Source of the DNA: Macrostomum lignano
Lineage: Eukaryota
NCBI GenBank assembly: GCA_002269645.1
Contig: NIVC01000480.1
Span: 36,348 to 100,347 of the forward strand
DNA: 64,000 bases
Direction: 5' to 3'
Shown here: piece after piece, positions 1-13,090 of the stretch
How the letters are laid out: each line of letters opens with the position of its first letter
How positions within the stretch are numbered: the first letter of the stretch is position 1
The notes under the pieces: generated by a model
Told to the model about the DNA's origin: nothing
What the model saw: the letters and a program-made list of their open reading frames with translations, nothing else
Database searches by the model: none
Position numbers and translations under genes: made by a program

Positions 1-720
1 AATTAGCTGGTACAACAGATTGATTAATTAGATGGATTGCCAATGAAACTAATATTATTTAGAATCGTTCAATAAGCAGGACTAGCTGCTTGTCGAAACG
101 AGATTAGTAGTATGGCCTTATGCTGTTTTCTCTTCAAAGCGGTGGCTGTGGTTATGAACCAATTTGGTAGCCTCTCTTTCCTTTTCTTCTCTCTGTAGCG
201 CCTTCGCTTCTGTGCTGGATATTGCTATTTAGCCCGCAGCTATTCGCCTAGTCGCTGTAGTTTTTCACTGCCGGCCGAGGGGGCGGGGGTCGGCTGAAAA
301 TGTACAAATAATTTCGATCTCACATGGCTAACAATCTTGCTTAGTGTGCAGCCTAACCATTGGCTAGTTACAAGGGTTGGTGGGGGGGGGGGACTGCACT
401 AGCAGCTTATAGTATAGTGCTGAACTAAAAAACTCGACAAGAAAGACGGAAAGACAAAAACCTGACAGTATGTATAGCTCTGGGCGTACACTCCTGTCTG
501 TGTTAACGAAGTGCGCAGGGTAGAGCTGTACTCAGGCAGTACCTATACTAGTATCGTTCAAGATTTATGACCTCATTATTCAGCCAGGCCCGCAAAAGTG
601 GCCCGATGTAATTTTAAAAAAAACAGCAGCATTTTACTGTTATTGTTTATGTATATAGTAGGATATAGTAGGATTATGACCCCATGGACCTTGGCTTATT
701 TTGATGAATACTATTCTCTA

Positions 721-1848
721 TCTGTCTATGACCCAAAACTGCCTCATGAACAAATCTGTCTATGACCCAAAACTGCCTCATGAACAAATCTGTCTATGAC
801 CCAAAACTGCCTCATGAACAAATCTGTTAATGACCCAAAACTGCCTCATGAACAAATCTGTCTATGACCCAAAACTGCCTCATGAACAAATCTGTCTATG
901 ACCCAAAACTGCCTCATGAACAAATCTGTCTATGACCCAAAACTGCCTCATGAACAAATCTGTCTATGACCCAAAACTGCCTCATGAACAAATCTGTCTA
1001 TGACCCAAAACTGCCTCATGAACAAATCTGTCTATGACCCAAAACTGCCTCATGAACAAATCTGTCTATGACCCAAAACTGCCTCATGAACAAATCTGTC
1101 TATGACCCAAAACTGCCTCATGAACAAATCTGTCTATGACCCAAAACTGCCTCATGAACAAATCTGTCTATGACCCAAAACTGCCACATGAACATATCTG
1201 TCTATGACCCAAAACTGCCACATGAACAAATCTGTCTATGACCCAAAACTGCCTCATGAACAAATCTGTCTATGACCCAAAACTGCCTCATGAACAAATC
1301 TGTCAATGACCCAAAACTGCCTCATGAACACATCTGTCAATGACCCAAAACTGCCTCATGAACACATCTGTCTATGACCCAAAACTGCCTCATGAACACA
1401 TCTGTCAATGACCCAAAACTGCCTCATGAATACATCTGTCTATGACCCAAAACTGCCTCATGAACAAATCTGTTAATGACCCAAAACTGCCTCATGAACA
1501 CATCTGTCAATGACCCAAAACTGCCTCATGAACAAATCTGTCTATGACCCAAAACTGCCTCATGAACAAATCTGTCTATGACCCAGAACTGCCACATGAA
1601 CATATCTGTCTATGACCCAAAACTGCCACATGAACAAATCTGTCTATGACCCAAAACTGCCTCATGAACAAATCTGTCTATGACCCAAAACTGCCTCATG
1701 AACAAATCTGTCAATGACCCAAAACTGCCTCATGAACACATCTGTCAATGACCCAAAACTGCCTCATGAACACATCTGTCTATGACCCAAAACTGCCTCA
1801 TGAACAAATCTGTCAATGACCCAAAACTGCCTCATGAACAAATCTGTC
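721..1848. repeat. Minisatellite, 34-bp unit TCTGTCTATGACCCAAAACTGCCTCATGAACAAA, about 33 copies
   Basis: Tandem repetition read directly; few substitutions. Confidence 0.97.
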
Positions 1849-2580
1849 CTTGAACTGTGATGACCTAGAACTGTCCATGACGTCATCTATGACGACCTAA
1901 GCCATCTACATTTTCTACATTTACACTTCTTAGTTTATTTCTAACTTTCTAAAACTACATGTTAAATCAAGTGTAATGTTGTAAACACACACATGCACAC
2001 ACCCCAAGAAGTCAGCCTACCCCACTAACTGAGGTTTATCAAAACCATCATGAGCACATGCACTCATGCAGCCGATTCTGAGCTAGGCCAGAGAATAGGA
2101 TTGGAGTAGAGAAGAGAGAAAAGGAGAGGAGAGGAGACCCAGCATCCCAATTCCCAACTCAAGCGATTTTGATTGATGGAGAGAACTGCCAACGTTGCGC
2201 GTGCGGCGAGAACGCGTTTGAGACCATTTTATCAACAAGAATTCCTGCTTAACAGAATTAAGCCAAGGAAAAGGAGAAGGCAGTACTCTCAGGTCCTATT
2301 GAAAACTTTGAGTCTCTCTTCTGCTTAAAAGTGAGCTCAGGTGACTTACACCAACTTCTGAACTTCTGAAAAGCCCTTTTCGCTGACCAGCAACTATTTT
2401 TACACGTAGAAATCAAACGGTGCTACTTTCAGTAACCTGTATAATAAATGTATTTACAGCAGCCGAGTTGCAAAATTCCCCCCCAGTTGTTTTTAAATCG
2501 CCAAATTCAAACAAAATTTTAAAGATCAATCTGAGGGATAACTGCCATCGGAGCAGATAAATTTCACTCCAAATCTGATA

Positions 2581-3385
2581 TGTGTCACTCTGAATCTGAA
2601 TTGTGTCACTCTGAATCTGAATTTTGTCACTGACTCCGAAATGTGTCACTCTGAATCTGAAATGTGTCACTCTGAATCTGAATTGTGTCACTCTGAATCT
2701 GAATTTTGTCACTGACTCCGAAATGTGTCACTCTGAATCTGAAATGTGTCACTCTGAATCTGAATTGTGTCATTCTGAATCTGAATTGCGTCACTCTGAA
2801 TCTGAATTGTGTCACTTTGAATCCGAAATGTGTCACTTTGAATCTGAAATGTGTCACTCTGAATCTGAAATGTGTCACTCTGAATCTGAAATGTGTCACT
2901 CTGAATCTGAAATGTGTCACTTTGAATCTGAAATGTGTCACTCTGAATCTGAAATGTGTCACTCTGAATCTGAATTGTGTCATTCTGAATCTGAATTGCG
3001 TCACTCTGAATCTGAATTGTGTCACTTTGAATCCGAAATGTGTCACTTTGAATCTGAATTGTGTCATTCTGAATCTGAATTGCGTCACTCTGAATCTGAA
3101 TTGTGTCACTTTGAATCCGAAAAGTGTTACTCTGAATCCGAATAGTTTCACTCTAAATTTGAAGTGCGTCACTCTGAATCTGAATTTTGTCACTTTTAAT
3201 CCGAAATGTGTCACTCTGAATCTAAATTGTGTCACTCTGAATCTAAATTGTGTCACTCTGAATCTAAATTGTGTCACTCTGACTCCGAATTGTGTCACTT
3301 TATATCTAAATTGTGTCACTGTAGCTGAATCTCAATTGTGTCACTCTGAATCTGAATTGTCACTCTGAATCCGAATTGTGTCACC
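2581..3385. repeat. Minisatellite, 21-bp unit TGTGTCACTCTGAATCTGAA(A/T)
   Basis: Tandem repetition; explains the 7-aa periodic ORFs in several frames. Confidence 0.97.
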
Positions 3386-3901
3386 CAAAATCTTAAGTGT
3401 GTGACTTGTCAATAATTTGATTAAAAACAAATGTTTTTTTTCAAAGAGATATTTAGCAGAATAAAAATTTAACGAAAGAGGTCCTTGGTTTAACTAAATT
3501 GGACCCTTTCCTTCATGGTTGAACAAATACTTCAGTTAGAAAACGCCCGGAGTTGTGAATAAAATTGCCAAACATTAAACCGTGATTCTCATTGGCTAGA
3601 AGTTGTTTGGGCTCGAGGAGCTGGTGACCACTCAGATACAGTTAGACAAACTATTCTCGAATTGCTAAATTAACTTTGCCCCCAAATTGTTTAAGAGAGA
3701 ACATTTCAGGAAAACTTTGTAAGATTTTATATTGTAGAGAAAGCAGCAGAGAAGTTAGCAAGTTATCCTTCAGAGAGGAATCATTATAAGCTAATTTGAT
3801 TATAAATAAACAAAAAATGGCTCTCGAACGAGGGAAAAATCTTAGCGATGAAGTCGATCAATTAGCTGGTAAGAGAATCTTATTAAATATATGTTTGAAT
3901 G

Positions 3902-4778
3902 GACTCACTCATGAACTCACTCATGAACTCACTCATGAACTCACTCATGAACTCACTGATGTCTCACTCATAAACTCACTCATGAACTCAATCATGAACT
4001 CACTAATGTCTCACTCATGAACTCACTCATGAACTCACTCATGAACTCACTCATGAACTCAATCATGAACTCAATTGTAAACTTACTCATGAACTCACTC
4101 ATGAACTCACTCATGAACTCACTCATAAACTCAATCATGAACTCAATCATGAACTCAATTGTAAACTTACTCATGAACTCACTCATGAACTCACTCATGA
4201 ACTCACTCATGAACTCACTCATGAACTCACTCATAAACTCACTCATGGACTCACTCATGAACTCACTCATGAACTCACTCATGAACTCACTCATGAACTC
4301 ACTCATGAACTCACTCATGAACTCACTCATGAACTCACTCATGAACTCACTCATGAACTCACTCATGAACTCACTAATGTCTCACTCATGAACTCACTCA
4401 TGAACTCACTCATGAACTCACTCATGAACTCACTCATGAACTCACTCATGAACTCACTCATGAACTCACTCATGAACTCACTAATGTCTCACTCATGAAC
4501 TCACTCATGAACTCAATCATGAACTCAATTGTAAACTTACTCATGAACTCACTCATAAACTCATTCATGAACTCACTCATAAACTCACTCATAAAGTCAC
4601 TCGTGAACTAACTCACTCATTCATGAACTTTCTCATGGACTCATTCATGAACTTTCTCATGGACTCATTCATGAACTTTCTCATGGACTCATTCATGAAC
4701 TTGCTCATGGACTTATCCATGAACTCATTCATGAACTCACACATAAACTCACTCATAAACTCACTCATAAACTCACTC
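3902..4778. repeat. Minisatellite, 12-bp unit ACTCACTCATGA, degenerating at the right end
   Basis: Tandem repetition read directly. Confidence 0.96.
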
Positions 4779-5269
4779 CGTCCTTGCCCTTCACTATTCT
4801 TCATATGCCACTGTAAAAAACATTAATTTAATAAACAATCTTCTTATCAATTTTTACAAGCAAGCGCTGGGCACCTGTAAACAGTTCAAATATTTGATAC
4901 TGAGTTGTCAAAACGAATTAGCTAAATGCTGTCCTATTACGACGTATTAGAAATGAACACCAGCGGTCCCCCACAATGACTCATGACGCAAAAATTCCGC
5001 TGTATACAATTTTCGTCCGTATTACACTCCTGTGCTCACTATACTGTCCAGTTTTTTATTGCTTCAAGATTAAAAACAGAAACATTTTTCGAGTATTAGT
5101 CAGACAGATAGCGCGAGAGTTGGGGGCGGTAGCCGTAGCTGAAGGATACGGGAGAAGGATGTAGTAAAATTAAACTTGCTAAAGTTAAAAAAAATTCCAT
5201 AATAAAATTTCTGCAGATAAACATCCAAAAGCGCTCCCGACTCCACCGCCACTGATCTCGTCGACTGAC

Positions 5270-6776
5270 ATGCAGCTGTTGTCAACCTACCTGAGATTTT
5301 GGCAGCAGTATTTACCTCTGATGATTTCCAATGCGCAGATGCCCCAGCTTCATCAGTTGATGCAGCCAGAATTGCGGCAGCATCAGTGGCATCAACAGCC
5401 TTCAAAACGATTTGATTTTAGTCGGCTGGCTCAGTCTTGCAGCGAGTCTGTAAAAAGCGTCGATACGTCTTGCTCATCGTCTTCAACATCGTCATCAGCT
5501 CAGCTGCCGCGGCCGCAACATCCGTTGTTGGACACCGGTTTGGTTAAAAAACCTCGCGGAAGGTAAATTGAGTCTGGGAAATCTGGGATCAAGTGGGAAA
5601 GGTTTGGAAGATCAAGTAAGAGGTGAACTGTGAATATGCTGAGGACCTAAATGGAAGCAAACCACCCTGGAAGATTTGGAGGTCATCCAATGACTTTTGA
5701 AGAATCTGAGGTCATCCAATGACTTCCGAAGAACTGGAGGTCATCCAATGACTTCCGAAGAACCAGAGATCATCCAATGAGTTCTGAAGAATCTGGGGTC
5801 ATCCAATGAGTTCTGAAGAATCTGGGGTCATCCAATGAGTTCTGAAGAATCGGTGGTCATCCAATGACTTCTGAAGAATTGGAGATCATCCAATGACTTC
5901 TGAGGAGCCGGAGGTCATTCGTTGACTTCTGAAGAATCGGTGGTCATCCAATGACTTCTGAGGAGCCGGAGGTCATCCAATGAGTTCTGAAGAACCGGAG
6001 ATCATCCAATGACTTCTAAAGAATTGGAGATCATCCAATGACTTCTGAGGAGCCGGAGGTCATTCGTTGACTTCTGAAGAATCGGTGGTCATCCAATGAC
6101 TTCTGAGGAGCCGGAGGTCATCCAATGAGTTCTGAAGAACCGGAGATCATCCAATGACTTCTAAAGAATTGGAGATCATCCAATGACTTCTGAGGAGCCG
6201 GAGGTCATCCAATGAGTTCTGAAGAACCGGAGATCATCCAATGGCCTCTAAAGAAACGGAGATCATCCATTGACTTCTGATGTATCGGAGATCATCCAAT
6301 GAGTTCTGAAGATTTAGAAGTCATTCACTGATTTCTGATGGGCACTAATGTAGGGTTTTGTGCTGACTTCTGTGGAATCGTAGCCTAGTGGTTGGTTTGC
6401 ATCTTTAAACTTGGCAGTTAACAATTGCTACTAACACCAAACCCAAAACCAATGATCAAACCTGATAAATGCGTCAATTCCCATTCCCAGAAGCCGCAAA
6501 GAATACGTGTGCCGTCACTGCAGCCGCCGGTTCACGAAGTCCTACAACCAGCTCATCCACGAGCGCACTCACACAGACGAACGGCCATTTCCTTGCGACG
6601 TGTGCGGCAAAGCGTTCCGTCGTCGCGACCATCTGCGCGATCACAGCTACGTGCACAGCAAGAACAAACCGTACGTTTGTCCCGTCTGCGGCAAAGGCTT
6701 CTGCCAGTCGAGGACGCAGAAGGTGCACACAGCGGTCTGTTGCGCTGCGGCGGGGGCGTCGTTATCTAGTGGGTGA
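5270..6776 (+). CDS. osr: Odd-skipped/OSR family zinc-finger transcription factor with 3 fingers; exons 5270-5562 and 6491-6776
   Basis: GT at 5563 and CAG at 6488-6490 join in phase 2 to give [81 protein letters not shown], matching the odd/OSR finger signature ([38 protein letters not shown]). N-terminal RFDFSRLA resembles OSR1/2 RFDFANLA. Confidence 0.9.
5670..6335. repeat. Intronic minisatellite, about 29-bp unit GTCATCCAATGA(C/G)TTCTGAAGAA(T/C)CGGA(G)
   Basis: Tandem repetition inside intron 1 of the odd-skipped-like gene. Confidence 0.93.
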
Positions 6777-6865
6777 GTTTGTCAGAATTTGAGCCCTATT
6801 GTGTAATTATTGGTTTCCCAATCTTACATGTACATTTGACGCAACTTTCTAAAATCTTTTAAACA

Positions 6866-8655
6866 CTGCCTCTCCGCTCACTCAGTCAGTGAGAATCTGC
6901 CTCTCCGCTCACTCAGTCAGTAAGAATCTGCCTCTCCGCTCAACTCAGTCATTGAGAATCTGCCTCTCCGCTCACTCAGTCAGTGAGAATCTGCCTCTCC
7001 GCTCACTCAGTCAGTGAGAATCTGCCTCTCCGCTCAACTCAGTCAGTGAGAATCTGCTTCTCCGCTCACTCAGTCAGTGAGAATCTGCCTCTCCGCTCAC
7101 TCAGTCAGTGAGAATCTGCCTCTCCGCTCACTCAGTCAGTGAGAATCTGCCTCTCCGCTCACTCAGTCAGTGAGAATCTGCCTCTCCGCTCACTCAGTCA
7201 GTGAGAATCTGCCTCTCCGCTCACTCAGTCAGTGAGAATCTGCCTCTCCGCTCAACTCAGTCATTGAGAATCTGCCTCTCCGCTCACTCAGTCAGTGAGA
7301 ATCTGCCTCTCCGCTCACTCAGTCAGTGAGAATCTGCCTCTCCGCTCAACTCAGTCATTGAGAATCTGCCTCTCCGCTCACTCAGTCATTGAGAATCTGC
7401 CTCTCCGCTCAACTCAGTCATTGAGAATCTGCCTCTCCGCTCACTCAGTCATTGAGAATCTGCCTCTCCGCTCACTCAGTCATTGAGAATCTGCCTCTCC
7501 GCTCAACTCAGTCATTGAGAATCTGCCTCTCCGCTCACTCAGTCAGTGAGAATCTGCCTCTCCGCTCACTCAGTCATTGAGAATCTGCCTCTCCGCTCAA
7601 CTCAGTCATTGAAAATCTGCCTCTCCGCTCACTCAGTCACTGAGAATCTGCCTCTCCGATCACTCAGTCATTGAGAATCTGCTTCTCCGATCACTCAGTC
7701 ATTGAGAATCTGCCTCTCTGCTCACTCAGTCATTGAGAATCTGCCTCTCCGCTCACTCAGTCACTGAGAATCTGCCTCTCCGATCACTCAGTCATTGAGA
7801 ATCTGCTTCTCCGATCACTCAGTCATTGAGAATCTGCTTCTCCGCTCACTCAGTCAGTGAGAATAGGCCTCTCCGCTCACTCAGTCACTGAGAATCTGCC
7901 TCTCCGCTCACACAGTCAGTGAGAATCTGCCTCTCCGATCACTCAGTCATTGAGAATCTGCCTCTCCGCTCACTCAGTCATTGAGAATCTGCCTCTCCGC
8001 TCACTCAGTCAGTGAGAATCTGCCTCTCCGCTCACTCAGTCATTGAGAATCTGCCTCTCCGCTCACACAGTCAGTGAGAATCTGCCTCTCCGCTCACTCA
8101 GTCAGTGAGAATAGGCCTCTCCGCTCACTCAGTCAGTGAGAATCTGCCTCTCCGCTCACTCAGTCACTGAGAATCTGCCTCTCCGATCACTCAGTCAATG
8201 AGAATCTGCCTCTCCGCTCACTCAGTCAGTGAGAATCTGCCTCTCCGCTCACTCAGTCATTGAGAATCTGCCTCTCCGCTCACACAGTCAGTGAGAATCT
8301 GCCTCTCCGCTCACTCAGTCAGTGAGAATAGGCCTCTCCGCTCACTCAGTCAGTGAGAATCTGCCTCTCCGCTCACTCAGTCACTGAGAATCTGCCTCTC
8401 CGATCACTCAGTCAATGAGAATCTGCCTCTCCGCTCACTCAGTCAGTGAGAATCTGCCTCTCCGCTCACTCAGTCAGTGAGAATCTGCCTCTCCGCTCAC
8501 TCAGTCACTGAGAATCTGCCTCTCCGATCACTCAGTCAATGAGAATCTGCCTCTCCGCTCACTCAGTCAGTGAGAATCTGCCTCTCCGCTCACTCAGTCA
8601 GTGAGAATCTGCCTCTCCGCTCACTCAGTCAGTGAGAATCTGCCTCTCCGCTCAC
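6866..8655. repeat. Minisatellite, 31-bp unit CTGCCTCTCCGCTCACTCAGTCAGTGAGAAT with internal hairpin CTCACT-N5-AGTGAG
   Basis: More than 50 tandem copies read directly. Confidence 0.97.
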
Positions 8656-8684
8656 TTGTGGCAACTGTAAATATTCTAAACCAG

Positions 8685-8814
8685 GGCAGGTGGCAGCGCT
8701 ATATTAGGTAGCAGGCAATGGAGGCCACTAAATTACCTACTGCGTACTACTTTAGAATGGAGATGCAATCACAATTCTGATTTCATTCACGGTCAGTCTG
8801 ATGGTCGAATATAG
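8685..8814 (+). CDS. Possible third coding exon of the odd-skipped-like gene (GAGGSAILGS...GRI*)
   Basis: Strong donor GG|GTGAGT at 6773 overlaps the apparent stop; acceptor CCAG at 8681-8684 is phase-compatible and open for 43 codons. No homology support. Confidence 0.33.
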
Positions 8815-9351
8815 CCAAAACGTTGCTAAAAAGAGAATTTTAACCACACTAAGGTTAGCAACAGCAGACGGCGGTGTAAGTTGCTGTATTGAATTAAATA
8901 GACGATCGAATGCTGCGATAATATTAGCACTTATTTGCAACCGAAATTGAAGCTATTTAGATCGAGGTTACATGTCAATAAATTACAGAAATTATTTAAT
9001 GCTTGTATTCGGTTTATGGACATTAAGTATACAATTGCAGTTTGCGCCAGGCCAACTTTGAGTTAAGTTAAGAACCTTTTTAGAGCGATGTCCGCGTTGC
9101 CGATACTATTTTAAGCTACTTGATAATTTGAATAGCCATTAAAATGCTGTTTACGGCTACAAATGTATTTAGATGCTAAATTAATGTATTTAACAAAAAG
9201 ATGAAAAGCAAACCCTTAATCCTTTTCAGGTCGATTTAGTTTACTGCCAGAAAGTCGAGCCTTGGAACTGCGTGACTGATTTTTGTAACTAAAACAACGT
9301 AGCTATTCAAGAGAACAGTGAATTAAATTTACTTTTGGATATAAGTGCATC

Positions 9352-10339
9352 CAGGGGCGTCGCCATGGATTTTATGGTGGGGGTCGAAAAGCCAACGAAT
9401 CTCTTAATGTACAGGGCTAAATTCCTACATGTACATTATTTTGAGAATCGGTGTTGTTAGCGCTCATTTTAGCGCCGCAGGCACTCATTTTGGCGCCGCA
9501 GGCACTCATTTTGGCGCCGCAGGCAGACACTCATTTTGGCGCCGCAGGCACTCATTTTGGCGCCGCAGGCACTCATTTTGGCGCCGCAGGCACTCATTTT
9601 GGCGCCGCAGGCACTCATTTTGGCGCCGCAGACACTAATTTTGGCGCCGCAGGCAGACACTAATTTTGGCGCCGCAGGCAGGCACTCATTTTGGCGCTGC
9701 AGGCACTCATTTTGGCGCTGCAGGCACTCATTTTGGCGCCGCAGGCAGACACTCATTTTGGCGCCGCAGGCACTCATTTTGGCGCCGCAGGCACTCATTT
9801 TGGCGCCGCAGGCACTCATTTTGGCGCCGCAGACACTAATTTTGGCGCCGCAGGCACTCATTTTGGCGCCGCAGACACTAATTTTGGCGCCGCAGGCACT
9901 CATTTTGGCGCCGCAGACACTAATTTTGGCGCCGCAGGCACTCATTTTGGCGCCGCAGACACTAATTTTGGCGCCGCAGGCAGACACTAATTTTGGCGCC
10001 GCAGGCAGGCACTCATTTTGGCGCTGCAGGCACTCATTTTGGCGCCGCAGGCAGGCACTCATTTTGGCGCCACAGGCAGGCACTCATTTTGGCGCCGCAG
10101 GCACTCATTTTAGCGCCGCAGGCAGGCACTCATTTCGGCGCCGCAGGCAGGCACTCATTTTGGCGCCGCAGGCAGACACTCATTTCGGCACCGCAGGCAC
10201 TCATTTTGGCGCCTTGAAGCAATACTAACTATTGATTCCCACAAAGTGGGGGTGGGGGGACAGAGCATTGGCATGCCCCCCATAGCTTTTACTGAGGGGG
10301 GGGGACGGACATGCCCCCCCCCCAGTGGCGACGCCCCAC
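9352..10339. mobile_element. MITE-like element with 12-bp TIR GGGGCGTCGCCA (9354-9365 / 10326-10337) and an internal 21-bp satellite TCATTTTGGCGCCGCAGGCAC (about 9470-10215)
   Basis: Inverted termini and internal array read directly; related subterminal sequence at 47820-47925. No clean TSD. Confidence 0.75.
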
Positions 10340-10745
10340 GATTGCATATCATTTAGACAGTATATGCGGAGTTGCAGTCAACAAAATTTCAAAATAGAAT
10401 CATCTCTGTTTGTTTTAATAACCGCCGTTGAAAAAAGCTTATTGTTGATTTGTTTTAAGTCAGTATAACACTTATCGTACTGCTTAATTTATTCTTCCTG
10501 CATGTCTAGGTCGCTTTTTTTATAAGCGATTAAATAAGTCGTGCCAAACTTTTATTTATATACTTGTATATTCTTTGAAACATTAATTAGGCCAATAAAG
10601 TCGTTGATTTTGTGCTGGTGTAAATCAATTGATTTCATTGATCCAGCCGGTATTATCTTGCTGTATACTGCAAACTGAAAAGAATTAATTACTATACTGA
10701 CAGTATATAATCAAATTAGCTATTTTATATACTTTTATACCGGTT

Positions 10746-11065
10746 GGGGGTAGTAGCCTAGTTGGTTAAGAGCCTTGTCGGATTCACGACTCGAAGGTCG
10801 GGGGTTCGATCCCCGACCCCATTCGGATCGGAACAATTTGTGTCCTTGAGCAAGACACACTTAACTCTGCATTGCTTCAGTTCACCCAGCTGTAAAATGG
10901 GTGCCAGCATTAGCTGGGGTAATTGAGGATGTGTGGCGACCCCCAGCAGTCCTTGGACTGAACAGCCGTACGCAGCCTTCAGATGCGCTGCGCAATAGCT
11001 GCGGCTGAGCTGTCGGTTGCACATCTGGCCCAAAGGTGTAATCAATTATTGTTATTTTTACTATT
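10746..11065 (+). mobile_element. tRNA-derived CORE-type SINE
   Basis: A box TAGCCTAGTTGG (about 10754), B box GGTTCGATCCC (10803), central GTGTCCTTGAGCAAGACACACTTAAC..CTTCAGTT..CTGTAAAATGGG resembling the MIR CORE domain, and a TTATT-rich tail. Confidence 0.8.
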
Positions 11066-11819
11066 ATTTTATAGCTACTATATAAATGCAGTCTATAAAA
11101 AAGCAAATAGACTGCATTAGCTAAAGCCTATAAAACATTGCTTGGACACACACACACACAGAAGCTACTGTTGTGTTGAGCTGTCCTCAATAATAGTTGC
11201 CATGCATGAAGCCTATCATGAAGTAGCTAGTTCCTTATCAGCCGTGCAATTCTGCGGGTCCCCAACTGCACCATTTTGTTCTGTAGCTGCAGTATGAACT
11301 GGTCTTTATCGCCACCAAGGCCCAGTAATACATAAATATAATGCTTAAAAAAGCAACTGTCTGCGAAGCAACAAGAGCACAGAACGATCTGAATTTTGCC
11401 AGTTTGCCTATCTTTGACTGACAGCTCGAGCTGGAGATATGATCAGACTGCATGCAGTGTCGCGCGAAACGTGCACAAATGCGTAAACTCTCTTTCGATT
11501 CGTCGTCTGGAGCTGCTGTTTTTTTTTTTGGTTTCGTGCTGGTTTGCTATAAAACTACTGTATTTTAACTAAACAGCTCCTGGAGGGAAAAAGCAACAAT
11601 TTTCTTAAGTTCAAATTGCCGGCCATAGCTATACATGTATACGCATTTGGTAAAGATGAAGAATAGTTCCTGGAACTGACAACGAAACGGGACAGAATTT
11701 CAAGAAAGTTTGGCATGAAAGTCAGCAAGAAAAGAGCAAGACAATTTAGCTAATTGTCCCAGGGAATGATGAAGACAAAGTCAGGCTAGGGATTGTGATT
11801 GATGTAGCTGTACCAGGGA

Positions 11820-13090
11820 GCGTGTTTAGAATTGCCACCTCGATCAACTGTCGCACTCTTAAATCTGCTTGGAGGAGAATGCTGGCGCAGCTGGCATCGG
11901 ATCTGCAGCTGGACATTGTAATGCTAGAGGTGTCAGTTCTGACGCAAGACGGCTTCTAACGTGAGGATCTCGGCGCCGGCTGGATCCTGTTTTTCACCTC
12001 TGCGGATATTCGAGGAGGTGGAGCAGTCGGCGCTCTAGCCGGACCACGGTTGCAGCGGAGTGTCTGGTGTGTCGCTGTGTCACCTCGGCTGCTGTGTGTG
12101 GATGTGAGGCTGCAAGGCCGTAACGGTCTGCTTTTCTGCGCGTACAGTATGCACCGACAGCTGCCCATCAGCTCGAGGCACAGGAGTTCTTTCATTTCCT
12201 GTCGGAGCAGCTCGAGTCAGTCGCAATGCGTGACAACCTGGTGGTGCTTGGCGATCTCAGTGCTGTCGCGGAGAGATCCCAGCGCTCTATCTTTGTGTCC
12301 CCGCGCCAGAATGGCAACTCAATACTGCGCTTACTCGATACTCCCGATACGTCGCGGCATGATCTGGTGTCGGCCAATACGCGTTTTCGCAAGCCAGCTT
12401 TTAGATTGTCAACCTTTGCCAGCTGTAAGCGAAGGAAGCGGAACGCACGTTGAAACGCCACGATTTGCCGGGCCAAGCTCGACCACATTCTATTTCTCTA
12501 CCGCGAAATCAGACGGGTGACAGTCTGCGACACGATGGCCCCGCTGTCCATCCAATCCGGACCACTGCCTGCTTTTCTGCAACCTTCGCACCCGGGACAC
12601 GCTCTACAGGCCGCCCAAGCGACCCCCACGCCGCTACTACAGGGCTCTGCGAGACTCCAGCACCCGCGGCTGGTTCACCTGTCTTCGCCGCCGAGTCCGC
12701 GAGCACTGGCAACTATTCCGAAATAAGCGCGGCAGTCGCGACGGCAGCTAGCAAGACGCTGCCTCTGATAAAACCTGCAGCCCGTAGTCTCCCGGTCTGG
12801 GCGAATGACAAGGAGGTTCAGGAGGCGAGGTGAACAGTCGAGAGGCTGCTACGGACCAGGCGACCGTCGGCCAAGGCCGAGAAACCCTGGCGGACGCCTG
12901 CACCAAACGGCAGCAAGCCGCTGTTGACGATGCCATTCGAAGCGTCACCTCTGCGGGGCTCGACCAACGGAATCGGCACGTCTGGCCCACAATCAACGCC
13001 CTGACTGGCCGCACAAAGAAGACGGCACTGAACCTGACCAGCGATACACCAGTGGCGCGCAGAAACTCTCGGGTTCATTTTGATTTGTAC
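11820..13090 (+). mobile_element. Decayed non-LTR retrotransposon fragment (APE endonuclease plus linker, RTE-like); no RT domain
   Basis: Motifs across frames: RIATSINCRTL, LDIVML, GGGAVG, SPRLL, LFCAY, VVLGDL, DLVSANTRFRKP, LDHIL, SDH; in-frame stops and frameshifts. Confidence 0.8.

Noticed and set aside
3826-3850. RGKNLSD peptide shared with the PTP exon at about 35470-35490
   Set aside because: A 21-nt similarity with no flanking homology or splice context; most likely chance.
10746-10820. tRNA gene (also 26120-26191, minus)
   Set aside because: A and B boxes are present but acceptor stems are poor and the sequence continues into SINE bodies.
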